This document shows positions 28,791-32,000 of a DNA stretch of 32,000 nt, piece by piece. Every line of letters starts with the position of its first letter. The first letter of the stretch is position 1. The stretch spans positions 600,001 to 632,000 of the forward strand of contig NZ_CP065936.1 of the NCBI RefSeq assembly GCF_003367075.2. Reading direction: 5' to 3'. This DNA comes from Cylindrospermopsis raciborskii Cr2010 (lineage in GTDB: Bacteria; Cyanobacteriota; Cyanobacteriia; Cyanobacteriales; Nostocaceae). Made by a program: the position numbers and the translations under genes. The notes beneath the pieces were generated by a model. That model searched no databases. It was given only the letters and a program-made list of their open reading frames with translations, and had not been told where the DNA came from.

Positions 28791-29522
28791 ATGTCATCAG
28801 CTTACCTTTTAGTATCCCACGGTAGTAAGGACTCTCGACCAAACTTAGCCATAGAAGAACTAGCAAGGTTATTGTTTGAGAAACTAAACGCTGGAGAAGA
28901 TCCAGAAAAGCACCTAGTAGGTGTAGGCACTTTAGAATTCAATAGTCAGCCATTAAGTGGACAAATAAAGGATTTTGCCCAAAAGGCTGTAGTTTGTAAT
29001 TGCAAGTCTATTCAAGTCATACCTTTGTTTCTCCTACTGGGGGTCCACCTGATGTCAGATCTTCCCATGGAGGTGAAACTGGCCCAAGATTCTGTAGGGA
29101 ATGACCTCCCCATTAAAATTAAACCATATTTAGGTAGTCATGCCATGATGTGGAAATTATTGGCCGTGGGAATGGCTCAAATATCAGCAGAAGCATTCAT
29201 TCTTTTAGCCCATGGTAGTAGGCGTGCAAATTCTCATCATCCTGTAGAAACCATTGCCAACAATTTAAGTGCATTTAGCGCCTATTGGTCAGTTTCTCCC
29301 AGCTTGGAAGCTAGAGTTATAGACCTGGTGAGTACTGGTTATCAACGGATTGGCATCTTACCATACTTTCTCTTTTCCGGAGGGATTACGGATGAGATTG
29401 TCATTATGGTGGAAAGGTTAACATTAAAATTTCCAGAAATCAAGTTAGAGTTAGCCTCACCTTTGGGAGTAACTTCCCAATTAGTTGATATAATCTGGGA
29501 TTTAGCAATACAAGAGGAATAA
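28791..29522 (+). CDS. cbiX: Sirohydrochlorin chelatase, CbiX family (two-domain form)
   Basis: Duplicated CbiX signature: LLVSHGSKDSRP in the N-terminal half and ILLAHGSRRANS in the C-terminal half. It lies directly upstream of cobA. Confidence 0.8.
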   Translation: MSSAYLLVSHGSKDSRPNLAIEELARLLFEKLNAGEDPEKHLVGVGTLEFNSQPLSGQIKDFAQKAVVCNCKSIQVIPLFLLLGVHLMSDLPMEVKLAQDSVGNDLPIKIKPYLGSHAMMWKLLAVGMAQISAEAFILLAHGSRRANSHHPVETIANNLSAFSAYWSVSPSLEARVIDLVSTGYQRIGILPYFLFSGGITDEIVIMVERLTLKFPEIKLELASPLGVTSQLVDIIWDLAIQEE

Positions 29523-29526
29523 ATTT

Positions 29527-30288
29527 TTGGGTAAGGTGTATTTAGTTGGTGCTGGACCTGGTGATCCAGGACTGATGACTCTCAAGGGTAAGGGTTTATT
29601 AGAACGTGCTAACGTGGTTGTCTATGATGCGTTGGTTAGTCCACAAGTTTTGGACATGATTAGTCCCCAAGCAGAAAAAATAGATGCTGGTAAGCGGATG
29701 GGAAGACATTCACTCTTACAGGAGGAAACTACTCAACTACTTATAGAAAAAGCCCAAGAACATGAAATTGTCGTGCGATTGAAGGGAGGCGACCCTTTTA
29801 TTTTTGGGCGTGGTGGCGAGGAAATGGCTGAGTTGATAGCTGGGGGAATTAGCGTAGAAGTTGTTCCAGGGATTACCGCTGGTATTGCAGCAGCAGCTTA
29901 TGCTGGCATTCCCTTGACCCATCGTCTGTATAGTTCTTCTGTGACATTTGTTACTGGACATGAAGCCATGGGTAAGTACCGACCAGCGGTCAATTGGCAA
30001 GCAATTGCCCAAAGTTCAGAAACTATTGTGATTTATATGGGTATGCACAATCTTCCCTATATCCTGGAACAGTTGATGGGGGTAGGAATGAGTTCACAAA
30101 CTCCTATTGCTTTAGTTCGCTGGGGAACTCGTCTGGAGCAGGAAGAATTAATCGGTGAGTTGGGAACCATTATTCAACAAGTGGCAAAAACGGGATTTAG
30201 CGCTCCAGCTATAGCTGTTATTGGCTCAGTAGTAAAAATGCATGGTGTTTTATCCGTTCATCAGGGAGTTTTGAAACCGTCTAATTGA
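29527..30288 (+). CDS. cobA: Uroporphyrinogen-III C-methyltransferase (SUMT)
   Basis: VYLVGAGPGDPGLMTLKG, VVRLKGGDPFIFGRGGEE and VVPGITAG. The ORF track gives a TTG start. Confidence 0.9.
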   Translation: MGKVYLVGAGPGDPGLMTLKGKGLLERANVVVYDALVSPQVLDMISPQAEKIDAGKRMGRHSLLQEETTQLLIEKAQEHEIVVRLKGGDPFIFGRGGEEMAELIAGGISVEVVPGITAGIAAAAYAGIPLTHRLYSSSVTFVTGHEAMGKYRPAVNWQAIAQSSETIVIYMGMHNLPYILEQLMGVGMSSQTPIALVRWGTRLEQEELIGELGTIIQQVAKTGFSAPAIAVIGSVVKMHGVLSVHQGVLKPSN

Positions 30289-31207
30289 TGTTTTCAAAAA
30301 TCACTTTCATTAACTCATCTTGATTGAAGGGTTTACCCAAACAAGCAGTAGCTCCTACTAGTCTAGTTATAATTTTATTGATTAAGTTATTTTTCTTGGT
30401 TACTAGGATTATTGGTATGCCTTTTGAAGAGAACTGTTTGCATAATAATAAACCAATACCATAGCTGCTGAGCTTGGGCATGGTTACATCCAGAATAATC
30501 ATGTCCGGTCTGATGACAGAAACTCCCATCACATCTGGGTCTGTTATATCTATTATGTTAAATATTGTTTGATTTAATAGTTTTCTAATATAGTTTAACA
30601 ATACTATATTTTGACTAGCACAAGCAATTGTATAGGTTGGGGAAAGATTTTGGGGATCCAGACCAGATTCTTCTCGGGAAACATGGATTTCTGATTTGTA
30701 CTTTTGCACCAAGGAATTGACGTTCAAGTGGCAGAATTTGGGTAGGGGATCTAAAAAGCTTTGAGGAATAAATTCATAGCTCCCTTGGTCAATTTCAAAA
30801 AATGATTCTAAAAACTCTAATACTAATTGTTCAATCAGTATCCCTGCCTCTACAAGGCTAATATACTGCTCATCCACTAACCAGCAAATGGCTAAATAGT
30901 CCGCATGGGAAATAGTCTGATTTTGTACACATTGTTCCACAAAATTCTCTAACTGCTCATTAATCCTCATCAGATTAGAATTTTGCCAACTTAACCGCTG
31001 CAAATTTCGATAAATCGGCTCCCAGATGTTTTCTGACCGACTAGCGTAAACAAGGTGACCTTCTTGTAAATATATTGACCAGGTTCCAGAAGGGCTAAAA
31101 ACTTGCAAACAACCGGTGGTAGAGTCGTTGACAATTTTCACTAGTATAGATAGAGGTTGTATTTTTTGAAAAAATCTATATCTATTAATAGGGATAGTAG
31201 TTGACAT
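30281..31207 (-). CDS. PatA-type regulator: N-terminal PATAN (DUF4388-like) domain plus an atypical C-terminal receiver domain
   Basis: The N-terminal pattern GCLQVFSPSGTWSIYLQEGHLVYAS is typical of PATAN domains. The C-terminal REC domain keeps the Asp (IILDVTMP), Thr (ILVTK) and Lys (LGKPF) positions, but the acidic DD pair reads SQ (IACASQN). I preferred the ATG at 31207 over the TTG at 31234. Confidence 0.7.
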   Translation of the reverse strand: MSTTIPINRYRFFQKIQPLSILVKIVNDSTTGCLQVFSPSGTWSIYLQEGHLVYASRSENIWEPIYRNLQRLSWQNSNLMRINEQLENFVEQCVQNQTISHADYLAICWLVDEQYISLVEAGILIEQLVLEFLESFFEIDQGSYEFIPQSFLDPLPKFCHLNVNSLVQKYKSEIHVSREESGLDPQNLSPTYTIACASQNIVLLNYIRKLLNQTIFNIIDITDPDVMGVSVIRPDMIILDVTMPKLSSYGIGLLLCKQFSSKGIPIILVTKKNNLINKIITRLVGATACLGKPFNQDELMKVIFENIN

Positions 31208-31370
31208 AATTTGTGAGTACGAGTGTAAATACAAAACTTAACAACACCTGTTAATTATTTCCTTTATCTTCTCTCCCCTATTTATAGCAAAATTAGCGTG
31301 GAATTTTGCTATGATTTGCACAGGATGCTGGCAAAATGGCAAGAACATCGCAAATCACTATTCACTAATT

Positions 31371-32000
31371 GTGGTTAAAATTCATCTTTCTATTACGCAA
31401 AAAACCCAACGATTAGACCGTTATTTGTCATCTGTAATACCAGATCTATCTCGTTCTCGAATTCAAGACCTAATTGAACAAGGTTATGTCCAGGTAAATG
31501 GAAAAGTCTGTTACTCCAAGAATATTACCCTGGATGGGGGAGAATATCTGGAAGTAGAAATTCCCCCAGTGCAAGCTGCTCAACTAGTAGCACAAGATAT
31601 TCCCCTGGATATTCTCTACGAAGATGAACAATTACTAATTCTCAATAAACCCGCAGGTTTAGTGGTTCATCCAGCACCGGGTCATTTGGAAGGTACGCTA
31701 GTTCATGCTCTGTTGGCCCACTGTCCTAATTTACCAGGAATCGGAGGTGTGCAACGACCCGGTATTGTACATAGGCTTGACAAAGATACTACAGGAGCAA
31801 TTGCCATTGCAAAAACAGACATTGCTTACAAACAATTACAATTACAGTTACAATCTAAGATAGCAAGAAGGGAATATTTAGGAGTAGTTTATGGTGCGCC
31901 TAAAAGTGAAAGTGGGACAATAGACCTACCCATTGGTCGTCACCCTCAGCAGCGGAAAAAAATGGCCATAGTTCCAGTAGAGCAGGGAGGTAGAAATGCA
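31371..32000 (+). CDS. rluD: RluD/RluA-family 23S rRNA pseudouridine synthase, 3'-partial (runs off the window)
   Basis: My manual translation gives ..QRLDRYLSSVIPDLSRSRIQDLIEQGYVQVNGK (S4 domain) ..LNKPAGLVVHPAPGH..GIVHRLDKDTTGAI (catalytic HRLD motif). It is absent from the ORF track because there is no stop in the window. The start is either the GTG at 31371 or the ATG at 31311. Confidence 0.85.
   Translation, partial: MVKIHLSITQKTQRLDRYLSSVIPDLSRSRIQDLIEQGYVQVNGKVCYSKNITLDGGEYLEVEIPPVQAAQLVAQDIPLDILYEDEQLLILNKPAGLVVHPAPGHLEGTLVHALLAHCPNLPGIGGVQRPGIVHRLDKDTTGAIAIAKTDIAYKQLQLQLQSKIARREYLGVVYGAPKSESGTIDLPIGRHPQQRKKMAIVPVEQGGRNA

Noticed and set aside
31311-31370. ATG at 31311 as the rluD start
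   Set aside because: It would add a 20-aa Cys/Trp-containing leader (MICTGCWQNGKNIANHYSLI) unlike RluD N-termini. The GTG at 31371, just before the S4 domain, seems more likely, but this is unresolved without homolog alignment.
1-32000. Search for CRISPR arrays, transposases/IS elements, prophage genes, toxin-antitoxin or defence-island signatures
   Set aside because: I saw no direct-repeat/spacer arrays, no transposase, integrase or phage-like ORFs, and no compositional island. The only mobile-type element is the ORF-less group II intron in ssb.

Overview
This window looks like a core chromosomal segment of a low-GC cyanobacterium, probably Nostocales-like. It carries at least 10 HIP1 palindromes (GCGATCGC) and several families typical of cyanobacteria: a DnaK3/DnaJ3-type chaperone cluster, GlgA2-type glycogen synthase, a CrtO-like ketolase, ClpR, an RRM-type Rbp followed by rpsU, and a PatA-type PATAN-REC regulator. 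Gene content is dense and mostly housekeeping: cdaA-uppS, dnaK/dnaJ-like genes, glgA, two VWA genes, three clpP-family genes, two rpsU copies, rsmI, clpB, ribD, mreBCD, ssb, tRNA-His, cbiX-cobA and rluD. I found no CRISPR array, transposase, prophage or recognisable defence island. The most notable item is not visible in the ORF track. A short ssb gene is split after codon 21 by an ORF-less group II intron of about 740 nt (26898..27637). The intron has a GUGCG 5' end, a textbook domain V, a minimal domain IV hairpin and plausible EBS1/EBS2-IBS pairings. Removing it restores a continuous 120-aa OB-fold protein. Four other points are worth a second look. The three tandem ClpP-family genes are two catalytically degenerate ClpR-type paralogs followed by an intact ClpP. 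Two VWA/MIDAS genes sit in tandem as diverged paralogs. A second rpsU copy of 59 aa falls below the ORF-track cutoff. The PATAN-REC regulator lacks the acidic Mg-binding pair of its receiver domain.
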